A stretch of 64,000 nt of DNA from Octopus sinensis (taxonomy: Eukaryota), in contig NC_042997.1 of assembly GCF_006345805.1 (NCBI RefSeq), positions 160,518,001 to 160,582,000 on the forward strand, written 5' to 3'. The position numbers were made by a program, and so were the translations under genes. Under the pieces are notes generated by a model. That model had not been told where the DNA came from, ran no database searches, and worked only from the letters and a program-made list of their open reading frames with translations. Position 1 is the stretch's first letter; each line of letters opens with the position of its first letter. Shown piece by piece: positions 1 to 10,032 of this stretch.

Positions 1-71
1 TGTGATGTGGTAATTAATTTTTCACTTGTAAACTGTCTGAAGTCCTATTTATCACAATATAATACAGAAAT

Positions 72-430
72 ATGTATTGGTTATCAGTTAATCACGTCAT
101 TCGAAAAGTGAATCTTCACGTAATTACTTTCCCAGTGCTATTATTCCAAATATGCTTGGGCAGTAATGCTGCATGCCGAGAATATTATGGGACCCGTATT
201 CACCCTTCTGTAACTGACATTCCAGAAGCTGACAAGCTGAATAAGATGTCAAACATCCGATCAAAAATTGACTGCTTTTCGCACTGTATGGCGTATTCCA
301 AATGTGGTATGATTATTTACAGCGTTTCCGAGAAAGTATGTATCCTACGTAAAATCAAGCAATTACCTAATGCCTCATCATTCATCGACATTCCTCCAAA
401 CAGCATTTACCACACCATGCCTACAATCTC
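72..430 (+). CDS. Lectin gene copy A, exon 1: putative signal peptide + PAN/Apple-like domain
   Basis: ATG at 72; hydrophobic stretch LHVITFPVLLFQICLG; Cys pattern C..EYYG / DCFSHC / KC / VCIL typical of PAN/Apple; GTGAGT donor at 431; clear paralog at 49129-49483. The exon is 359 nt (phase 2), which does not match exon 2. Confidence 0.8.
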
Positions 431-455
431 GTGAGTAGTTTTTCTTTTCATATTA

Positions 456-690
456 CAATAACCCCCCCTCCTCGACATATCGCAGTTCGTCTATCGCGGT
501 TTACTATTTAAGCTTACATCGATTCCTCCGTGCTATTGTTTTGCATTGATAATAAATAAATGTAATACAAATTAAAAATATTTTTTTAAAAAATAACAGT
601 ACAGTACTGTTTCTACTTCACGGATTTTTCATTCACTTACCGGACGTAGTGTTTTGAAATGTAACACCCGCGATAGACGAAGGATTACTG
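456..690. mobile_element. Tigger/pogo-type MITE
   Basis: Imperfect TIRs (CAATAACC...TATCGCAG / CCCGCGATAGACGAAGGATTACTG), TA on both sides (454-455, 691-692); absent from the paralogous intron of copy B. Confidence 0.7.
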
Positions 691-931
691 TATTACTTTT
701 TATTTCACTTACTGTTATAATGTTTATACCCTGTTATTTTCTTATTGAAGACGATATTTGTGATCTGAGACAAATGTTACTCCTGTTTCTAGTAGGTCAA
801 CGATGGATTGTGTTACGCATATTGTTCAAAAATAATTTTTGTTATTTTCATTTAAGCTTAATATATCGTCTGAACGTAATTTATAATGTATCTAGAGTCT
901 AGATACATATAAATTATATATATATATATAT

Positions 932-992
<61 letters not shown>

Positions 993-1048
993 TTAATATA
1001 TATATAAATGCATTCAGATCATAAAGCGTTTTTTGCGATTGCATGAAT

Positions 1049-1330
1049 TCGATTTTAATTATTATCTCATTTTTATTGTTAAAGTGAAAGTATCTGACAT
1101 AAAATAGAGAAATGTTTTTTTTCACATTTAACACGTAATACTGAAATAGTGGAGAAGATATGCTATTGCTATGGGCTCGCCCTAGGAAAGAAGTTGAACA
1201 TTTCTTTTGCCCGTGAAACTACATGGACCCTAAGTAAAGCAGTTGTAAAATTTGAATGAAATTGGTTGTGTAGTTTCTCAAGTTTTAGGGAACACACAGA
1301 GAGACAGACAAACAACACACATTCCTCAGT

Positions 1331-1364
<34 letters not shown>

Positions 1365-2790
1365 ATTCTATATATATATATATTTTATTATATATATATA
1401 CCATCACTATGATCCTTCGTTGACGGGTCATAGTGCTAGTGCATGTATAAAGCGTACATATTACATGTACATCTTTATATACCATCTACAATAAATTCAA
1501 ATACAAAGTTTATATCTTGATATCGCTAGTGATAACAATACTCAAAATATATAACAGACTGGAATTGTAGCCCGTCTCTTTCAATTTCGATCAATTGTAT
1601 CTTGTCCTCATTCTCGTATAGAAGTGTGGCTACAATTCAGCCTACCTCTACCTTTTTTTTTTTGGGGGGGGTATTTAAAATTTTTTTCCGGGACGTCCTA
1701 TGTCCTAGATATAAAGGTAAAATAAAATATTTCCACTTTGCAAGTTTCGAGTCGAGTACTCCCTTGCACCGCTCCGTTGACTCGAACCTTGCTTCTATTG
1801 TGGAGAATTTACCGCCTTCTGGTTAGATATCTTTCATAGTCGCACCAAGAACCGAGACTTTTCGATTGTGCTTCCTCCAGTGTTCAAATCTTTTATCTCG
1901 ACATTGTATACTTTATAGACAATAGTCTTTAATTTAATTTTTATATTTCGTTGGTGGTTTTAAATCTAGATTCACCGTCTTTGTCGGTGATCAATCCAAA
2001 ATAGGTTTGTATTTCTTCCATTTTAATTTTAATATAGTGCGCGCCCTTCGCGCCCGCACGACGGCTGCAGCGAAATTCATTTTTGGACGTCTTCTATTCT
2101 ATCGAAGGCATTCTAACAAAAATGCTTCCGTGTAAACGGTGAAAATATTGTCAATTCCCCCAAACAGAGACACAATTCATTTTTTAAACAATAACCAAAG
2201 CTCTTTCTCCCAAAAGGGGAGGGTTACAGTTTACAATTATTTAACAATTGCAACACAACAACTTTTCCCTTACGAGGAACCAACAAACGTGATAACAATA
2301 GTTAAACAGTAATAATAATAACAACAAACCTTACGGTGAATCAAAAAGCAGTACAAATTTGATTTAATTCAATTTATTCCCATTCATGTGAAACCACTTA
2401 TTCAAGTTCAAGTCATTGATGGAATTTCATACCAACTGCTATTTTTACTTTTGTTATGTTACGATTATATTATACTTTAGTTTGATTTTAATTATTACTT
2501 ACTACATATAATTCAATTGTTATTATTATCTCTAATTTGTATTGTTACAGTGAAAGTATCTGACATAAAATAGAGAAATGTTTTTGTTTCACTTTTAACA
2601 CGTAATACTGAAATAGTGGAGAAGATATGATATTGCTATGGGCTCGCTCGAGGAAAGAAGTTGAACATTTATTTTGCCCATGAAACTACATGGACCCTAA
2701 GTAAGGCATGTGTAAAATTTGAATGAAATTGGTTGTGTAGTTCTCTAGTCTTAAGGAAATACACAGACAGACACACATCTCAGTTATATA
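1049..2790 (+). repeat. Two copies of a Helitron-like non-autonomous element 3' segment (~1049-1335 and ~2480-2790)
   Basis: Near-identical ~290-bp blocks ending in GACAGAC/ACACAC...CTCAGTTATATA; the Helitron assignment rests only on resemblance to the end of the element at 14313-14703. Confidence 0.45.
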
Positions 2791-2870
2791 TATATATCTA
2801 TATATATTATATAATATATATATATATATATATACAGATAGATAGATATAGATATAGATATATATATGTA

Positions 2871-4018
2871 TTGGGTCATAAAGCGGTTTTTGCGATTGCA
2901 TGAATAAAAGGCGGAGGGGGACTGGATAAACTACCTGTATCAACACGGTATAAATGCAGGTGGTAATTTTACTTTGTACTTAGTGCAAGTTTTGAAGACT
3001 GAATTTCGATTTCAAAAGTTATTTTTTCAAAGCTATAATGGAGGTCACAAACGAGCATATTCATCATATTTTGCACTATGAGTTATATGCCAACGCTGTT
3101 CCAGAAACCAAGTCGGAAATTACAGCCTAGAAGACGAGCCTCGCCTTTGAAGATCTGTTGAGCTTGACGAGAACGTCCTGCAAACAATGGGGGAACAAAG
3201 CCCATCGTAACTGCTGAGGAACTAACAGAAGTTTGGATTTGGTTATTCAACCATTCATCGACACCTGCGTACTATCGGTAAAGCTAATTGGGTGAATGGG
3301 ATCCTCAGAAACTTTCCGAGTTTAATCGCACGCATAGAGATAATGTTTGGTTTATCTTGCTGTCACGTCGCACGAATATACCTCTTTTAAACCGAATTGT
3401 AACTGGTGACGAGAAATGGGTTCTCTATAAAAATGCCAAGCGCCGAAGACGGTGAGTAGGAAAAGGAGAAACACCGGCGCCCCAGGCTAAAGAAAGTCTT
3501 CACCAACCTAAGGTATTGTTAACTCTTTGGTTGGATATGAAAGGTTTAATCCACTTTGTATTTATAAATCCAAACCAAACGATAACAAAGGAGATCTACT
3601 GCAAGCAGCTTGAGCTGCTTAAGTCAGTTCTAGAAGAAGAACGAGCATCTTTGATTTCAAGACGAAAGATGTTCTTCCATCAGAGTAATGCTCGGCTGCA
3701 TACAGCGTGAAAGACGTTCCAGAGGCTGGAGCAGCTTAATTGAGAAGAAATACCCCATATTCACCAGACATTTCCCCATCTGATTATCATTTATTCCGTA
3801 GTCTTCAAAATCTTTTGGACGGAAAAAATCTGCAGGCAAGGTCAGAATAGTACTGGAGGAATATTTTTAGTCAGGGACAAGTGAATTTTGGAAGAGGGCC
3901 TTGGAGGTCTACCAAATAGATGGAAGAGTATTATAGAAAATGAAGGAGCGTATATTTAAGATTAAAAAAGAACATTAAAAGAAGTATAAAAAATCGCATT
4001 ATTTATGGGATGACCCAA
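2871..4018 (+). mobile_element. Degenerate mariner (DD34D) transposon
   Basis: TTGGGTCAT.../...ATGACCCAA TIRs flanked by TA; transposase remnants IVTGDEKWVLY, HQSNARLH, PYSPDISPSDYHLFRSL; frameshifts and stops. Confidence 0.9.
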
Positions 4019-4020
4019 TA

Positions 4021-4320
4021 TGTATACATATATACATACGTACATACATGCATACATGCATACATACATACATGCATACATACATGCATACAGCAGTTGT
4101 CAATGCAGAAATGAAATATAGAGAAAACGACAGTGAGAGATCATCAGCATCATCATCATCATTGTCATCATCGTCATTCTTCTTCTTCTTCTTCTTCTTC
4201 TTCTTCTTCTTCTTCTTCTTCTTCTTCTTCTTCTTCTTCTTCTTCTTCTTCTTCTTCTTCTTCTTCTTCTTCTTCTCTTCCTTCTCCTTCTTATATTATT
4301 ATTATTATTATTATTTTTTT
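4021..4320. repeat. Compound microsatellite (ATAC)n-(TCA)n-(TCT)n-(TAT)n
   Basis: Seen directly; explains three overlapping low-complexity ORFs. Confidence 0.95.
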
Positions 4321-4324
4321 TTTT

Positions 4325-5470
4325 TCTTCTTTCTTCTAAATTTTCTTCCATTTCTTGCCGAGTGTCTTCCCGACTCCTAGGGCAAGAAACTCATAGTGTA
4401 TATTGGTAGGAGGCCATTAAACCAAACTCAGTTTTTCGTTCATTTTTTTTTTAATTTTTTTTTAAAGTTAAATTAAAATGGATGAGCAGCAACAGTTCTC
4501 ACATCGACAATGCTCTTCTCAATACGTGTGATGTACCAGTTAAGACAATCTTTTGCACTTCTTGCAGGGATGGTAAGCCAGGGATCATTCTCATATAATT
4601 TTCGGTTCCCTTCTTGATCATTCCTAGTGCTCCTACGATCACTGGTATTGTAACCGCCTTGAGATGTCACATTTTCTCAATTTCAATGAGTAGCTTTATA
4701 TTTTCTGAGCTTCTCTCAACTCTTTCGCTGAGATATTATGATCACAGGGGATGCTCATGTCGATCAATAAGCAAACTTTATTGTTTTGGTCTTTCACAAC
4801 AATATCTGGTTTATTGGCCTTGATGGTTCGGTCTGTATGTACTGGAAAGTCCCACAGAATGGTTACATTTTCTCCTTCAGTTACAGCCTCAGGGTGGTGA
4901 TTATACCACTTGTCGGCAGTTTTGATATTGTAATGCCGACTTATTAGCCAGTGGAGATATTGGCCAACTCTGTCATGTCTTAATTTATACTCCACTGGTG
5001 CTAAGACTTTACATCCAGAGATTGGGTGGTCCACTGTTTCAATCATGTCGTTGCCGAATCGGCATTTTGGGTCTGCTCCATTTTTCATCACATTGGCCTG
5101 GTAGTTCCGGGTTGATAGGCTTTGGTCTTGAGCAGCCAGGATGAAACCTTCGCTCTCTGCTTTTAGCCCTGAGCTCCGCAGCCACTGATGGGTTTGCTTC
5201 TGGTCAACATCAGCTTGTTTGCTGCGGGTCACATATTTGCCGTGCAGAGGTTTCTCCTCCCACCTATCAACCAATTGCTCGTGCGCTTTTTTCATTGCCA
5301 TTATTTTCACCTTCTTTGCAACAATAGTTGCCGTATTTCCCTCGGGTTGTTCAGTTTGGGTATCCTGCACGAGATCAATAGCAAATTTTTTGCTTTCCTT
5401 GATGATAGAATGAAGCTTCTTTCGTCTCTCGTGGATTTTCCACGAGCTTTAGCATCCAGTCATTCGATAT
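4325..5470 (-). mobile_element. 5'-truncated R4/Dong-clade non-LTR retrotransposon (CCHC + REL endonuclease end)
   Basis: ORF 4696-5370: LKAESEGFILAAQDQ, CR..H..C, RHD..LHW, ILWDF, NKPDIV..D..LLID; 3' end runs into (AAT)n on the minus strand. Confidence 0.85.
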
Positions 5471-5880
5471 TGAGTGAGAGAGCAGTGCATGCCATCAAAA
5501 TGACACTGGGGTAAAATATACCCAGTATAACAATCATGACTACCAGTCTGGTAAAGGTACACCAGGCACATGCATCACAACCATATGTGCGCGATATAGT
5601 GATCTCATATCAAGATAAACAGCATATGACCTTGCAGGTGGGGCCCATTTAGAATTTTTTTCTCATCGAGTAACCCATCCTGCTCAAAAGGTCTCTAAAT
5701 AAGGGTTTTTTAATGATTTTGAACGAAACACCCATGTTTTCAATGGTGAATTATTCAAACCCCAAAGAATCCCTCTCAATACATGGCTATGATGCTCCCC
5801 CACTACTTCTGCTCGTGATCAGAGATGCACATATCGTTAGCCATCAAGGAACATGCTCAACTGGTTAAGGTAAAACAATT
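5471..5880 (-). mobile_element. 5'-truncated copy of the ~540-bp non-autonomous TAA-array element
   Basis: Matches 56793-57330 and 60323-60860 from the TGAGTGAGAGAGCAG end. Confidence 0.8.
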
Positions 5881-6791
5881 GCTTGAAATTCTAATACGAC
5901 TCACCGACTAGATGAATGCTCCAGAAGAAAAAATCCCCATGAATATGAGAAGGGTATATAGAAGTATGAAAAGATAAATACTGTCATACCATACATTCCG
6001 TTATTCTTAAGAAGATATGGTCTAATTTATATCGAACAGATTGAATATTTGCTTAGTGTCACTGTTGCTTGTTAAACTTTTCTTGAGTTATATTAATAAG
6101 CGGCATAAAGTATTTTGCTTGCGTATTTAAAAGAAGAGTGGAATATAAAACAGTTTTATCTGAATAGAAGTAATTGGCTCTAAGCGACTGAGGGGACATT
6201 TTAATTATAGTTAGAAGAGTAGAAGAGCTTCGATGAGATTACTTAAATCGTGCAAAACACTTTCGCGCATAGAATACAGCTACAAAATCTCCTGTTAAGA
6301 ATCTCTCAATCTAAATGGCTAGTGGGAGGTTGAAGTGGATGAGTATCACTTTACTAGAAGTTTGTCACTTAGCTATAGCTGGAAATCATATAAAAGAACC
6401 AAAACTAAAATATGTCTTGCATCGAAGTTGTAAAGACATGTAACCATGTGTCAGGTAAGAAATAGGATCTCTGATAAATATGATTCTTAGAAATCACTGA
6501 GTGAAGGAAAAGATACAAAATTAGAACGAAAGGAATCGTATCATAAAATTAGAGATGTTTGAGATATGAGCAACAGTCGGGATTTCCGTAAGCTAGAAAG
6601 TTTGCTTCTTTACACTTTAATAATGCAGCAACCTGTTTCTATACACGTTCATTAAGAAGCGAGAAGTATCAAAATATGTGATGAGAATAAAAATTGGTTA
6701 TGAGTATACATTTCTAACCTTAATGGATGGAATATTGACTGGTCGCAATGTACTTTTGTATTCTTAGGATTAAAAGATTTAACACATAATA

Positions 6792-7024
6792 TATTTCTTT
6801 ACTACCCACAAGGAGCTAAACACGGAGGGGACAAACAAGGACAGACAAAGGGATTAAGTCGATTACATCGACCCCAGTGCGTAACTGGTACTTAATTTAT
6901 CGCCCCCGAAAGGGATGAAAGGCAAAGTCGACCTCGGCGGAATTTGAACTCGGAACGTAACGACAGACAAAATACGACTATGCATTTCGCCCGGCGTGCT
7001 AACGTTTCTGCCAGCTCGCCGCCT
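6792..7024 (-). mobile_element. tRNA-derived SINE with ~16-bp TSD
   Basis: Head GGCGGCGAGCTGGCAGAAACGTTAGCACGCC, B-box-like GAGTTCAAATTCC; flanked by GATTTAAC(A/G)CATAATA at 6776-6791 and 7031-7046; not seen in the paralogous intron. Confidence 0.85.
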
Positions 7025-7310
7025 ACTTATGATTTAACGCATAATAACTATGTGCTTGGGAGGTGGAGAGAGCTCTGGAAAAGAAAATTTTAGAAAGAGA
7101 TTTATTATGTATGCAAAATCGAAACTGAAAGGAAAGTGTCTATCAATTCTACTTGCCAGTGTGCAGTTACGAATCAGTTTCATTTGAGGTGTACTAAGTA
7201 AGGAAAGATATATCTAAGTCAGTTAAAAGTTAATGGCAACCTGAAATTAATAAAGTTATTACTTTCCCAAAAGATCTAACACATGAAACATATTTTCCGT
7301 CTTTTTATAG

Positions 7311-7484
7311 CTGAATGCCCAATATCAGTCGGCTACACTTATCAACCAGAATTTAAATTATGTTATCAAATACGTTCAAATAAAATGTCATGGAATAACG
7401 CTGCAGACGATTGCAATGAGAAACGAGGACAACTTATTCACATTAAAAATAAGGAAGTAATGCTCTATCTACAAGACAAATTGA
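7311..7484 (+). CDS. Lectin gene copy A, exon 2: N-terminal half of C-type lectin domain
   Basis: Pyrimidine tract + TAG acceptor (7308-7310); 174-nt phase 1-1 exon encoding ECPISVGYTYQPEFKLCYQIRSNKMSWNNAADDCNEKRGQLIHIKN...; GTGAGT donor at 7485; equal-length paralog at 62826-62999. Confidence 0.9.
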
Positions 7485-7714
7485 GTGAGTAACAGTTTGC
7501 TATTTTATACACACACTCCTGCACACATAACACACACACTCTCTCTCTCACACACACCTTCTCTCTCTCTCTCACACCCCTATCTCTCTCACACACACAC
7601 CCTCTCTCTCCTCCTCCTCCCCTCTCCCCTTCTCTCTCTCTCTCTCTCTCTCACACAGACGCATACACACGAATGTACTCAAGATACATCTAATGTCATG
7701 AACTATAACTGTTT

Positions 7715-8007
7715 GGTTGTGTCTGAGGAGAGTCATTTTCTTTTTGTGCCTTATAATGTAACACACTCATCGGTAAAATTACCACATTTTTCTTATTTTT
7801 ATTTTCCTAAAATTTTCGTTGCAAGACGCAACGAAAATTTTAGGAAAATAAAAATAAGAAAAGTGGAAATTTTACCGGTGAGAGTGTTACATTATAAGGC
7901 ACAAAAAAGAAAATGACTCTCCCCAGACACAACAGAGTATGGTTAAACACATATGGTTAAACACGAACACATATAAAGAATCTCGCAAACCAAATCCACA
8001 AACGAAA
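7715..8007. mobile_element. Foldback insertion: 218-bp near-perfect palindrome plus ~74-bp tail, 11-bp TSD
   Basis: Arms 7716-7822 and 7828-7933, loop AAGAC; TATAACTGTTT at 7704-7714 and 8008-8018; absent from copy B. Confidence 0.8.
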
Positions 8008-8200
8008 TATAACTGTTTCATAACATGCTTAATTTAAATATTCTACCATTTTGCAAATAACATTCCATTTACTTCTAACTTTCCTTGATTTGCACTCCCT
8101 GGTTGTTTGAATGACGACGAGAAAATACACTAGCTTTTGATGAAAGACTGAATATAATCATTTAATTTCAAACATATATTTTGAAAAAATTATAAATACA

Positions 8201-8420
8201 CTAGCAAAGATACTCGGCGTTGACCGGAATTAAAATGGCATAGATTGTTATTGTTTTAATTATTTCAGTCAGGTGAATGTGGTCATCCTGGGGCGCCGCC
8301 TTTAGTTGAAGAAATCGCCCCCCGGATTTATTCTTTGTCAGCCTAGTACTTATTCTATGGGTTTATTTTACCAAACTGCTAAGTTACGGGGATTTAAACA
8401 CAGCAACATTGGTTGCGAAG
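8201..8420. mobile_element. Helitron-like 5' stub followed by a SINE remnant, shared with copy B (63477-63720)
   Basis: CTAGCAAAGATACTCGGCGTTG... and the SINE body are colinear in both paralog introns. Confidence 0.55.
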
Positions 8421-8428
8421 CACGAAGT

Positions 8429-8479
8429 TTTGTCAGTGACCAGGTTGCGGTCTCAAAGCGACGAAAATATTTTGACAAA
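8429..8479 (+). ncRNA. Hammerhead-like fold with variant core GUGACCA(G)
   Basis: Stem I TTTGTCA/TGACAAA, stem II GTTGC/GCGAC, GAAA, palindromic AATATT stem III; activity untested. Confidence 0.45.
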
Positions 8480-8636
8480 TTAAATAGAAATGTTGAAGTG
8501 AAGCTAACGGTTTTGTGTGTTTCTTAAATGGCTTATAAGCACCTTCCACGCTGCAATTGTTATATATATATATATATATACAGACATATATATATATATA
8601 TATTATATATATATATATATATATAATATATATATA

Positions 8637-9633
8637 TACGCAAAATATATAGAGTAGCGAATATTATTAGAAATTTCACTACCAGTGGCCTAACATGTAT
8701 AAAAATTAATAGACAACTTATTCTCAATATAAAATAGTGTACATTTAGACACAAGAGAAATTACCTTTAACAAGTAATTTTACACGCTAGAAGAAGCAGT
8801 CAAAACGACCAAAACCAGCTTTAAGGGCAATTTCGAAGGGAATGAAAAAAGAAAATTTAAAATTTTACTTATTTTCTTACGGTTATAACTAGGTTTCGAA
8901 TTTTTTAGCAAATAAAATAATTTGCTAAGCGAAATTCTCATCTGTAACCGTGCCATAACATTAACATATAATTTAAAGACAAATAGCACGTGTCTCATCA
9001 TTATATGTTTTAATTTTTCAAAATCACGCGCAAGCGCAGTTTCAGTCGGCAGCAGATGGTAAATGCTGAACTGATCTTCGAAATGCTAAAATCAAATACG
9101 TAAAATATATAGGGTAGCGAATATTTTTAGAAATTTCACTGCCAGTGGCCTAGCATGTATAAAAAGTCAATAGACAACATATTCGCAATATAAAATAGTG
9201 TAGATTTAAACACAAGATACATTACCTTTAACAGGTCATTTTACACGCTAGAAGAAGCAGTTAAAACGACGAAAGAACATTTAAGAGCAATTCCGAAGGG
9301 ATTGAAAAATAAAAACTTTTACCTTCTTATTTTTTTTTTACAGTTGTACCTAGCTTTCGAATTTTTTAGCAAATAAAATAATTTGCTAGGCGGAATTCTC
9401 ATGCGTAACCGTGCCATAACGTTAACATAAAATTTAGGGACAAATAACACGTGTCTCATCATTATATATGTTATAACTTTTCAAAATCACCGAGCAAGAG
9501 CAGTTTCAGTCGGCAGTAAATGAGAAGTGCCGAACTGATCTTCGAAATGCAAAAATCTATTGACTTTTTATACATGCTAGGCCACTGGTGCTGAAATTTC
9601 TAAAAATATTCGCTACTCTATATATTTTACGTT
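8637..9633. repeat. Two tandem ~460-bp units followed by an inverted ~73-bp copy of the unit start
   Basis: Units start at ~8637 and ~9098; 9560-9633 is the reverse complement of ~9098-9170. Confidence 0.8.
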
Positions 9634-9655
9634 TATGGTTTTATAGGGCCTTACT

Positions 9656-9748
9656 TCGGTTGAGAGTAAACATGATAAATTTTGTCCTATTGTCTTATGG
9701 TATTTTTATAACAATAGGACAAAATTTATCGTGTTTACTCTCAATCGA
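9656..9748 (+). other. 38-bp-stem hairpin, 17-nt loop
   Basis: Arms 9656-9693 and 9711-9748; the two differences are both G.U-compatible on the + strand. Confidence 0.8.
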
Positions 9749-9749
9749 G

Positions 9750-9930
9750 AACGTGGAACAAATAGGGGTTTCAATAAGGGTGGAGCACTTGCAGAGAACA
9801 GCGCTGCTTGGAATCGCTCGAATACTCCAGAAGCTGCTCGAAAACTAGGAGGCGCTACCTTAGTTCAAGGGAGGTGAACACCTGACACTGTAATACATCT
9901 CCAGCATTAGAAGCTGTGCAAAGGGAATAA
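9750..9930 (+). mobile_element. Short 3' end of an R4/Dong-like element
   Basis: C-terminal LQRTALLGIARILQKLLEN* followed by a 3' UTR and (AAC)n(AAT)n. Confidence 0.6.
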
Positions 9931-9962
9931 CAACAACAACAACAACAACACCATCAACAATG

Positions 9963-10029
<67 letters not shown>

Positions 10030-10032
<3 letters not shown>

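Noticed and set aside
4048-4380. Poly-F/R/S, poly-I/L/Y, (YI)n, (CV)n, (HT)n and (LSIY)n ORFs here and throughout the track
   Set aside because: They are translations of microsatellites, with no splice context or domain content.
6792-7024. tRNA gene
   Set aside because: The tRNA-like head continues into a SINE body with TSDs and has other copies in the window.
9490-9555. Hammerhead-like hairpin plus GAAAC on the minus strand of the 460-bp unit
   Set aside because: No CUGANGA in register and no NUH or stem III after GAAAC.
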